In this document: piece by piece, positions 1-8,722 of the stretch
Position numbering within the stretch: the first letter of the stretch is position 1
Layout of the letters: each line of letters starts with the position of its first letter
NCBI RefSeq assembly: GCF_000017305.1
Contig: NC_009664.2
Coordinates: forward strand, 930,001 to 962,000
Direction of reading: 5' to 3'
DNA length: 32,000 bases
DNA from: Kineococcus radiotolerans SRS30216 = ATCC BAA-149
GTDB lineage: Bacteria; Actinomycetota; Actinomycetes; Actinomycetales; Kineococcaceae
Position numbers and translations under genes: made by a program
Notes under the pieces: model-generated
Databases searched by the model: none
Seen by the model: only the letters and a program-made list of their open reading frames with translations
Told to the model about the DNA's origin: nothing

Positions 1-1590
<1,590 letters not shown>

Positions 1591-1635
1591 GGTGGCCGCG
1601 CCCGCCGCGCCCGCCCCGCCGGCCCGGCCGCCGCG

Positions 1636-2496
1636 TCAGCGCCGTCCGGCGTCGGGTCCCCACTTCGTCAGGACCAGCGTCTCGACGATGCTGACGAGGG
1701 TGTAGAGCAGGATGGAGGCGAACGTCACGACCACGACGATCGACCAGAGCTTGCTGTACTGGACCTGGGCGTTGGCGCGGAAGATCTCCGCCCCCAGCCC
1801 CCGGCCGCTGAACAGCCACTCGTAGAGCATTGCGCCGATGACCGCCCCGGGCACGGAGATCCGGATCGCGGCGAAGAGGTTCGGGAGGGCCGTCGGGACC
1901 GCGACGAGGCGCAGCGCCGTCCACCTGCTGCCGCCGTTGACGCGGATGACGTCGAGCGCCTGCGGCGAGGCCGACCGCAACCCGATGGCGGCGTTGACCA
2001 GGACGGGGAAGAAGACCACGACACCGCCGATGGTCGCGGCCCGCAGCCACTCGGCGTGGAAGGTCATGCCGATGATCGGCGCCATCGCGACGAGCGGCAC
2101 CGAGCGCAGCATCATCGCCAGCGGCATGAAGACGAACTCCAGCGGCCGGAGGACGGTGAACAGGGACGCGACCACGACGGCGCCGACGACGCCGGCCGCG
2201 AAACCGGTGGCCGAGTCGGCGAGGGTCGTGGCGAGCCAGCCCCCCACGTCGCTGCGGTGGACCGCCGCGTCCTCGTCCGTGACGAGCCACCGGTAGACGT
2301 CGACGGGGCGCTTCCCGATGAACTCGTCGATCGCCAGGACCCGCAGCAGGGCGTACCAGGCGACGACGAGGACGATCGAGGAGATCACCAGGGTGAGCAC
2401 GGAGACCCCGATGCGCCTCCCCACCGCCGCGGCGACGGAGGCTCCGCTGCGGTTCTCGTGGACCTCGGCGGGGGCCGGGACCGTCGTGGTGGCCAT
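1636..2496 (-). CDS. ABC transporter permease (NitT/TauT, SsuC/TauC-like), second permease of the operon
   Basis: 286 aa, strongly hydrophobic with multiple predicted TM helices. It has a BPD-type permease core (...RSASPQALDVIRVNGGSRWTALRLVAVPTALPNLFAAIRISVPGAVIGAMLYEW...). Its ATG overlaps the stop of the upstream permease by 1 nt (TGATG at 2494-2498). Confidence 0.85.
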   Translation of the reverse strand: MATTTVPAPAEVHENRSGASVAAAVGRRIGVSVLTLVISSIVLVVAWYALLRVLAIDEFIGKRPVDVYRWLVTDEDAAVHRSDVGGWLATTLADSATGFAAGVVGAVVVASLFTVLRPLEFVFMPLAMMLRSVPLVAMAPIIGMTFHAEWLRAATIGGVVVFFPVLVNAAIGLRSASPQALDVIRVNGGSRWTALRLVAVPTALPNLFAAIRISVPGAVIGAMLYEWLFSGRGLGAEIFRANAQVQYSKLWSIVVVVTFASILLYTLVSIVETLVLTKWGPDAGRR

Positions 2497-3335
2497 CAGA
2501 GACCCGCCTTCCGTTCACCCGTCGAGGACCAGGGCGTGAGCAGCTTCGCGACGAGCCCGATGAGGACGTAGGCCAGGCCGGCGACGGCGCCGCACAGGAT
2601 CGCCAGACCCCAGATCCGGGCGTACTCGAGGTTCGTCTGCGCGGCGATGATCATGATGCCGATGCCGGAGTCGACCCCACCGAGGTACTCCCCCAGCACC
2701 GCGCCCAGGAAGGCCGCCGGCGCGGCCAGCTGGAGCGCGCCGAACACGTTGGGCAGCGCGGCGACGAGGCGGACCTTCACCAGCGCCGTCCACTTCGAGC
2801 CGCCGTAGGCGTGCACGACGTCGAGGGCGGTCCGGTCCGCGGCGCGCAGTCCGAGGAGGCAGCCGACGACGGAGGTGAAGACGACGCTGAGCGCGGCCAG
2901 GAAGGTCGACGCCGTCCGCGCCCCGGGCTCGGAGACGATGAGCACGATCGGCCCGATGGCCGTCAGGGGGATGCAGTAGGAGATGACCGCGACCTGGTTC
3001 GCGGCGCCCTCCAGCGCGGGGACCAGCAGCACCACGACCGCGAGGGCGACGGCCACGAGGTTGCCCCACAGCCAGCCCTGGGCGGCCGACGCCGTGGTGA
3101 CCGACAGGTTGTTCCAGTAGGTCGGGAACCCGGTGTCCCCGAACTCGCGCAGGACGCCCCAGGGGGTGGGGACGATCCCGTCGGCCCCAAAGAAGACCGA
3201 GCTGACCAGGCTCCAGACCACCAGCACCGAGACGGCGCCGATCGCCCCGCCGGCCCACGGCGGCACCTCGCGGCCGCCGGCGCGCCCGCTCCGGGGGGTC
3301 CCGACGGCGGGGCCCGCGACGTGGACGTCGGTCAT
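2496..3335 (-). CDS. ABC transporter permease (NitT/TauT family), first permease
   Basis: Only the 3' 279 codons of the 989-aa track ORF look real (MTDVHVAG...[45 protein letters not shown]...). The ATG at 3333-3335 overlaps the ATPase stop (ATGA). The hydrophobic profile is typical of a permease. Confidence 0.85.
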   Translation of the reverse strand: MTDVHVAGPAVGTPRSGRAGGREVPPWAGGAIGAVSVLVVWSLVSSVFFGADGIVPTPWGVLREFGDTGFPTYWNNLSVTTASAAQGWLWGNLVAVALAVVVLLVPALEGAANQVAVISYCIPLTAIGPIVLIVSEPGARTASTFLAALSVVFTSVVGCLLGLRAADRTALDVVHAYGGSKWTALVKVRLVAALPNVFGALQLAAPAAFLGAVLGEYLGGVDSGIGIMIIAAQTNLEYARIWGLAILCGAVAGLAYVLIGLVAKLLTPWSSTGERKAGL

Positions 3336-4231
3336 CGGTGGTCGTCCTCCGCCCGGGACGTGCCGCCGCCGAACAGGATCTCCGAGAGCCGGTCGTGGTA
3401 GGCGTGGAACTCCGGGGTGCGCATCATGTCCGGCGTGCGCGGGCGCGGGAGGTCGATCTCGACGACCTCCACGACCCGGCCCGGGCGGGGGCTCATGACG
3501 GCGACGACGTCGGAGAGGAAGATCGCCTCGGAGATCCCGTGGGTCACCATGAGCGTGGTGGCCGGCTTCTCGGTCCAGATGCGCAGCAGCTCGACGTTCA
3601 GGCGCTGACGGGTCATGTCGTCCAGCGCGCCGAACGGCTCGTCCAGGAGCATGACGGTGGGCTGCACCACGAGGCAGCGCGCGATGGAGACGCGCTGACG
3701 CATGCCGCCGGAGAGCTGGGCCGGCTTCGCCTTCTCGAAGCCCTTCAGCCCGACGAGACCGATGAGGTCGTCGACGAGCCCCTTCTCCGGGCGCACCCCG
3801 GCGACCTCGAGGGGGAGCCGGATGTTCTGGGCCACCGTGCGCCACGGCAGCAGCGCGGAGTCCTGGAACGCGACGCCGAGCTCGTGGGCGCGCTGCAGCT
3901 CCCTGGTCGTCATGCCGTTGACCAGCGCCGCGCCCCCCGTGGGGGTCTCCAGACCGGCGAGGATGCGCAGGATCGTCGACTTCCCGCAGCCCGAGGGCCC
4001 CAGCAGCGAGAGGAAGGCGTTCTTCCGGGTGCCCAGGTCGGTCTGCTCCAGCGCGAGCACGCTCTTGCGGCCCAGGTCGAAGCGCTTGGTGAGGCCCTGG
4101 AGGTTGAAGCCCGTGGCCGCCCCGGGGTGGCGCCGGGGATCGGTCGTGGCCGAGACCGTGGCGGAGACCGTGGCCGGGACCGTGACCGGCGGGCCCGGGG
4201 CGGTGGAGAGGGACGAGGTGTCGTGCGGCAC
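3332..4231 (-). CDS. ABC transporter ATP-binding protein (NitT/TauT family, SsuB/TauB-like)
   Basis: Walker [10 protein letters not shown], signature LSGGMRQRV, Walker [13 protein letters not shown]-loop VTHG. The roughly 40-aa Thr/Val/Ser/Ala/Pro-rich N-terminal extension makes the exact start uncertain. Confidence 0.9.
   Translation of the reverse strand: MPHDTSSLSTAPGPPVTVPATVSATVSATTDPRRHPGAATGFNLQGLTKRFDLGRKSVLALEQTDLGTRKNAFLSLLGPSGCGKSTILRILAGLETPTGGAALVNGMTTRELQRAHELGVAFQDSALLPWRTVAQNIRLPLEVAGVRPEKGLVDDLIGLVGLKGFEKAKPAQLSGGMRQRVSIARCLVVQPTVMLLDEPFGALDDMTRQRLNVELLRIWTEKPATTLMVTHGISEAIFLSDVVAVMSPRPGRVVEVVEIDLPRPRTPDMMRTPEFHAYHDRLSEILFGGGTSRAEDDHR
4149..4184. repeat. imperfect 12-bp x3 in-frame tandem repeat (GCCGAGACCGTG / GCGGAGACCGTG / GCCGGGACCGTG) in the 5' region of the NitT/TauT ATPase gene
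   Basis: Read directly. On the minus strand it encodes the [13 protein letters not shown] stretch of the N-terminal extension. Confidence 0.8.
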
Positions 4232-4276
4232 GATCTGGCCTTTCTCGGGGACGGCGTCGGGTGACCGCGAGGCGTC

Positions 4277-5371
4277 TCAGCCGGTGATGAGGTCCGGGTT
4301 CTCCTGGTAGACCTCCTCCAGCAGCGACAGGTCGAACAGCTCCTCGGCCGTGATCTCGGTCCCCATCAGGGACAGAGCCCGGATGTTCTCCTCGATGAGC
4401 TCCCCGGTCATGGTGAAGAGACCGTGGGTGCGGGTGTCCTCGGAGACGACGAGGGTGTTCTGCGCCTCGGCCTCCGCGGTCTGCTCCTCGAGGTCGAGCC
4501 CCTGGTCCTTGCCGTAGGTGTCCACCGCGAGCGCGGCGCTGGCGGCCGGGTCGGCGACGGCGTCGTTCCAGCCCCGGACCTCGGCGGCGAGGAAGGCCTT
4601 GAGCATGTCGCGGTCGCTCTCGATCAGCGAGCTGAGGACGGTGAAGGTCTCGCTGACCACGGGCAGGCCGTTGTCGGCGAAGCCCAGGGTGACCGGGGTC
4701 AGGCCGCGGCCGGCGAGCAGGATCGGCTCGTTGGTGAGGTAGGCCATGAACGCGTCGACCTCGCCGGTCTCGACGACCGAGGGGTCGTACTGCACCGGGA
4801 CGATCGTGAAGGACGAGGCGTCGATCCCGTTGGCGCGGCAGAACCCGTCGAAGATGGTCTCGTTGCCGCCGGTCTGGATGCCGAGCCGCTTGCCGGCCAG
4901 GTCGGCCAGCGTGGCGACCGGCGTCTTCTCCTGCACCGAGACCAGGCAGAACGGGTTCTTCTGGAAGGTGGAGCCGATGATCTTCAGCGGCGCGTCCTCG
5001 TTGACGATGGCGGGCGCGGTGAGGGTCGGGGAGGACAGGCCGACGTGGGCCTTCCGGGACAGGACCATGGCCTCGGCCGCGGTGCCCGAGCTGCCGCCGG
5101 CGAGCAGGTTGACCTTCGAGAAGCCGGCGTCGCTGAAGTAGCCCCGGCTGTCGGCCATGTACTCGCCGGCGAACTCGATGTTCTTGATCCAGGACAGCTG
5201 GATCGAGATCTCGCCGAACCCGTCGGAGGCACCGCTGCTGGAGCTGGTGCTGGAACCGGCGTCGTCGTTCCCGCAGGCGGCGAGGGACGCGGCGCCGAGC
5301 AGCCCGAGGCCGCTGCCGCGCAGGAAGGTGCGCCGGTCGGCGGTGAGGCGCGGGCGACGGGTCTCGTTCAT
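4277..5371 (-). CDS. ABC transporter substrate-binding lipoprotein (NMT1/THI5-like, sulfonate/nitrate/taurine type) with a Tat-like signal
   Basis: The N-terminus RRTFLRGSGLGLLGAASLAACG has a twin-arginine motif plus a lipobox Cys. The body resembles NMT1/SsuA-type binding proteins. GGAG lies about 10 nt upstream of the ATG. It is the first gene of the minus-strand transporter operon. Confidence 0.8.
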   Translation of the reverse strand: MNETRRPRLTADRRTFLRGSGLGLLGAASLAACGNDDAGSSTSSSSGASDGFGEISIQLSWIKNIEFAGEYMADSRGYFSDAGFSKVNLLAGGSSGTAAEAMVLSRKAHVGLSSPTLTAPAIVNEDAPLKIIGSTFQKNPFCLVSVQEKTPVATLADLAGKRLGIQTGGNETIFDGFCRANGIDASSFTIVPVQYDPSVVETGEVDAFMAYLTNEPILLAGRGLTPVTLGFADNGLPVVSETFTVLSSLIESDRDMLKAFLAAEVRGWNDAVADPAASAALAVDTYGKDQGLDLEEQTAEAEAQNTLVVSEDTRTHGLFTMTGELIEENIRALSLMGTEITAEELFDLSLLEEVYQENPDLITG

Positions 5372-5522
5372 GGGCTGCTCCGTGGGTGCGGGTGTCCTGC
5401 GGTCCAGGACCGACGGGAACGGGGGGGGCCGGGTCGGGTTCGGCTCTGGTCCCGTACTGAAGCACCCGGGCGATGCCGAGGTGTCACGGACGTGTGAACG
5501 CGGGGTTACGCCGGAGGCCGGC

Positions 5523-5544
5523 GCGTCACACCCGCGTCACACCC
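5523..5544. repeat. perfect 11-bp tandem direct repeat (GCGTCACACCC x2) in the divergent transporter/monooxygenase control region
   Basis: Read directly: 5523-5533 and 5534-5544 are identical. Confidence 0.85.
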
Positions 5545-5585
5545 GGCCCACGGTTACACGACCGAAACACCGGCGTGCTCTCATG

Positions 5586-5601
5586 TGAACCGTCCGGTTC
5601 A
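5586..5601. promoter_or_regulatory. 16-bp inverted repeat TGAACCG-TC-CGGTTCA, 18 nt upstream of the monooxygenase start (candidate operator)
   Basis: Perfect 7-bp arms, read directly. Its position between the likely promoter and the RBS (GAGAGGGG at 5605-5612) suits a repressor site. No regulator can be assigned from the sequence alone. Confidence 0.4.
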
Positions 5602-5619
5602 ACGAGAGGGGTCAGGCCC

Positions 5620-7047
5620 GTGCGCACCATGCACCTGGGAGTCTTCGAGGTCGCCGCGCCGCAGGTCGGCGGGACGCTGAGCTGGTCGCACCCCTACAGC
5701 GATTCGGTGCACCACCGCGAGATCCAGCACTGGATCGACGTGGCGCAGCTGCTCGAGGCCGCGGGGTTCGACTTCCTGTTCTTCGCCGACGGGTACGGCT
5801 ACCCCACCGTCGGGGGCGACCTGCCGGCCGCGGCCGCCGCGGGGGGCCTGAACTTCACCGGCCTGGACCCGATGCTCCTCATCCCCACGCTGGCCCACCA
5901 CACCTCGTCCCTGGGGTTCGTGGTGACCAGTTCGACCGGGATCGACCACCCGGTCGCGATGGCCCGCCGCTTCGCAACGCTGGACCACCTCACGCACGGG
6001 CGGGTCGGGTGGAACATCGTCACCGGCGCCTCCCAGGACACCGTTGCCGGGTTGTTCGGCCACTCCGAGATGACCGCCCACGACACCCGCTACGAGATCG
6101 CCGAGGAGTACGTCGACCTCGCCCTGCAGCTGTGGGAGGGGTGCTGGGAGGACGACGCCCTGGTGGAGGACAAGGCGGCCGGCGTCTTCGCCGACCGCGA
6201 CAAGCTGCACCGGGTGGAGCACGTGGGGAAGCACTTCCGCTCCTCCGGGTTCTTCACCGTCGTCCCCTCCCCCCAGCGCACCCCGGTCCTCTTCCAGGCC
6301 GGCACCTCCACGCGCGGCCGGGAGTTCGCCGCCGGGCAGGCCGAGTGCGTCTTCCTGCAGGGCACCACGCTGCCGCACGCCGCGGCCAACGTCGCCGACA
6401 TCCGGGCCCGCGCCGCGGCCGCCGGGCGCGACCCGCGCTCGGTGAAGGTCCTCGTCGGCGCCACCGTCACCGTCGCCGCCACCCACGACGAGGCGCTCGC
6501 CCGCCGGCGCGAGTTCGAGGACATGCAGACCGACGAGGTGGCCGCGGTCATCTACGCCGGCAACACCGGCATCGACCTGTCCGCCCTCGACCCGGACCGG
6601 CCGCTGAGCCAGATCCACGACGAGGGGGCCGACGGCCGCATCGGGCAGATGGGCCAGAGCAACATCGACCGGTTCAAGCGCCCGGACGGGACCTGGCCGC
6701 TGGTGCGCGACGTGCTGGCGGAACTGCGGGGACGCGGCACCCGCGGGTTCACCGTCGTCGGCGACCCGATCGAGGTGGCCGACCGACTGGAGGAGATCAT
6801 GGACGTCACCGACGTCGACGGTTTCCTGCTCGAGGCGATCTTCTCCCCCTCCGACCACCGGCTGTTCTGCGACCTGGTCGTTCCCGAGCTGCGCCGCCGC
6901 GGGCGGCTGATCGCCGAGGAGGACCGCCCGGCGGGGTCCGGTTCGCTGCGCGAGCGCTTCGGGGCCCCCTCGCCGCGGTTGTCCCCCGACCACCCCGGCG
7001 CGCGCTACGCGCCCGGCTCCCCCCTCAGAGAACCCGCGGGGGCGTGA
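5620..7047 (+). CDS. LLM-class flavin-dependent monooxygenase (NtaA/SnaA/DszA family)
   Basis: MHLGVFEVAAPQ...LDHLTHGRVGWNIVTG...VLFQAGTSTRGREFAAGQAECVFL... matches the luciferase-like NtaA/DszA family pattern. The start is GTG 5620 (GAGAGGGG at 5605-5612) or the in-frame ATG at 5629. The track start at 5473 is probably too far upstream. Confidence 0.85.
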   Translation: MRTMHLGVFEVAAPQVGGTLSWSHPYSDSVHHREIQHWIDVAQLLEAAGFDFLFFADGYGYPTVGGDLPAAAAAGGLNFTGLDPMLLIPTLAHHTSSLGFVVTSSTGIDHPVAMARRFATLDHLTHGRVGWNIVTGASQDTVAGLFGHSEMTAHDTRYEIAEEYVDLALQLWEGCWEDDALVEDKAAGVFADRDKLHRVEHVGKHFRSSGFFTVVPSPQRTPVLFQAGTSTRGREFAAGQAECVFLQGTTLPHAAANVADIRARAAAAGRDPRSVKVLVGATVTVAATHDEALARRREFEDMQTDEVAAVIYAGNTGIDLSALDPDRPLSQIHDEGADGRIGQMGQSNIDRFKRPDGTWPLVRDVLAELRGRGTRGFTVVGDPIEVADRLEEIMDVTDVDGFLLEAIFSPSDHRLFCDLVVPELRRRGRLIAEEDRPAGSGSLRERFGAPSPRLSPDHPGARYAPGSPLREPAGA

Positions 7048-7627
7048 CCTCCCCGACGCGGGCGCAGAACGCCTCCAGGGCCTGCGCCTGCACCCGCCCC
7101 ACCGCGGCGGCGTCCCCGGTGATGATGAGCGTCATCTGCAACCCCCGCCACAACGCGGTGAGCTCCACCGCGCGGGCCTCGGCCAGCGCGGGGGTCATCC
7201 CCTCGCGCTGGAACCGCGCGACGGCCGGGCCCTGCCAGGACCCGATGTCTCCGAGCAGGTCCGCGTACCCGGCCTGCTGGGAAGCCTGGCCGAAGACCTC
7301 GAAGAACAACCGCAGGAACGGCAGGTTGCCCGGGGCGGCGATCTGGTCCCAGACCCGCTGCAGGTCCGCGCGCAGGTCGCCGTCGCCGTTCTCCAGCGCG
7401 GCCCAGGCGTTCTCGAACGAGGGGAACGCGTCGCGGCCGACGGCCCGCAGGGCCTCCCCCACCAGCTGTTCCTTGCTGCCGAAGTAGTACAACAGCATGC
7501 GGTTGTTGGAACCCACGGCCCGGGCCAGCCCGCGCAGCGTCAGCGACGTGACGCCGTGGGCCAGGACGTGCTCCGCCACCAGCCGCAGCAACCGGTCCCG
7601 TTCCACACCCCCAGGGTAGCCACCCAC
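7025..7627 (-). CDS. TetR/AcrR family transcriptional regulator
   Basis: N-terminal HTH: LTLRGLARAVGSNNRMLLYYFGSKEQLV. About 200 aa, mostly helical. The start is GTG at 7627 or the in-frame GTG at 7606. The 3' end overlaps the monooxygenase 3' end by 23 nt (convergent). Confidence 0.85.
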   Translation of the reverse strand: MGGYPGGVERDRLLRLVAEHVLAHGVTSLTLRGLARAVGSNNRMLLYYFGSKEQLVGEALRAVGRDAFPSFENAWAALENGDGDLRADLQRVWDQIAAPGNLPFLRLFFEVFGQASQQAGYADLLGDIGSWQGPAVARFQREGMTPALAEARAVELTALWRGLQMTLIITGDAAAVGRVQAQALEAFCARVGEVTPPRVL

Positions 7628-7638
7628 CAGGAGGAACC

Positions 7639-8616
7639 ATGCGCGATCTCGCGGCCCTGCCCAAGGCGCACCTGCACATCCACCTCGAGGGCGCCATGCG
7701 CCCCTCGACCCTCGCGGAGTTCGCGGCGGAGGCCGGCGAGACCGCTCCCCCGACCCGGGGGTTCACCTCCTTCCCGCAGTTCGTGGAGATGTACGACGGC
7801 GCCGTCGCGTTCATCCGGACGCGGGAGCAGCTGGCCCGGGTCGTCCGCGAGGTCGTCGAGGACGCGGCGCTCTCCGGCGCCGTCTGGATCGAGGCCCAGG
7901 CCAACCCGATGTTCTACGTGCCCCGGTTCGGGACTCCCGAGGAGGTCCTGACCTTCATGCTGGAGGTCGGCCGGGCCGAGGCCGCCCGCCTCGGCATCGG
8001 TTTCGGGATGATGGCCGTGGCCATCCGCAGCCTGCCGACCGCCGAGGCTGAGGCGCTGGCCGTCCTGGCCGCCGAGTTCGCCGACCGCGGGGTCGTCTCC
8101 TTCGGCCTCGCCGCCGACGAGGCGCTGTGGCCGCCGGCCCCCTTCGAGCGGGCGTTCGCCATCGCCCGCGAGGCCGGGCTGACGTCGGCCCCGCACGCCG
8201 GGGAACTGCTCGGGCCGGAGAGCATCGTCGGGGCCCTCGACCTGCTCGGGGCCCAGCGCATCCAGCACGGCGTCCGCGCCGTCGAGGACCCCGAACTGGT
8301 CCGGCGCCTCGCCGCCGAGGGCATCGTCCTCGACGTCTGCCCGACCTCGAACGTCGAGCTGTGGGTCGTCCCCGAGATCGGCGCGCACCCGCTGCCCGCG
8401 TTGCTGGAGGCCGGCGTGCGCTGCTCCATCAACGGGGACGACCCGCTCCTCTTCGGACCCGGGCTGCTGGAGGAGTATGAGACGGCCCGCACCGCGCTGG
8501 GGCTCTCCGACGACCAGCTCGCCGGTGTCGCCAAGGCGTCGCTGGAGGGCTCGGCCGCCCCCGCGGAGCTCGTCACCGCCCAGGTCGCCGCCGTCGACGC
8601 CTGGCTGGCGGGGTGA
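7639..8616 (+). CDS. add: adenosine deaminase family protein
   Basis: Metal-binding HxH motif LPKAHLHIHLEG, the HAGE motif (SAPHAGELLGPE), and a C-terminal SINGDDPLLFG (xNxDDP) motif. AGGAGGAA lies 4 nt upstream of the ATG. Confidence 0.9.
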   Translation: MRDLAALPKAHLHIHLEGAMRPSTLAEFAAEAGETAPPTRGFTSFPQFVEMYDGAVAFIRTREQLARVVREVVEDAALSGAVWIEAQANPMFYVPRFGTPEEVLTFMLEVGRAEAARLGIGFGMMAVAIRSLPTAEAEALAVLAAEFADRGVVSFGLAADEALWPPAPFERAFAIAREAGLTSAPHAGELLGPESIVGALDLLGAQRIQHGVRAVEDPELVRRLAAEGIVLDVCPTSNVELWVVPEIGAHPLPALLEAGVRCSINGDDPLLFGPGLLEEYETARTALGLSDDQLAGVAKASLEGSAAPAELVTAQVAAVDAWLAG

Positions 8617-8680
8617 GCGCACCCGCCGGTCCCGGCGCGGCCGTCCCGGGCCCGGGAAGCGGAGCGCGGGCACACCGCCC

Positions 8681-8721
8681 GGCTCCGGTCCGCGGTCCCG
8701 GCGGGACCACGGACCGGAGCC
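8681..8721 (-). terminator. 19-bp stem-loop starting 1 nt downstream of the glgP stop (candidate intrinsic terminator, usable on either strand)
   Basis: GGCTCCGGTCCGCGGTCCC / ggc / GGGACCACGGACCGGAGCC. There is one C.A mismatch on the plus strand, which becomes a G.U wobble in the minus-strand (glgP) RNA. It sits between convergent add and glgP. There is no clear U-tract. Confidence 0.5.
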
Positions 8722-8722
8722 G

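Noticed and set aside
2496-5465. 989-aa minus-strand ORF suggesting one giant protein across the NitT/TauT operon
   Set aside because: Only the last 279 codons (from the ATG at 3335) look like a permease. The upstream part is an out-of-frame shadow of the ATPase and binding-protein genes.
5372-5480. Possible TPP or other riboswitch upstream of the NMT1/THI5-like binding-protein gene
   Set aside because: I read the minus-strand leader and found none of the conserved TPP-riboswitch elements (no CUGAGA, and no ACCUGAUCUGGAUAAUGCCAGCG-like core). Only a short palindrome and an RBS are present.
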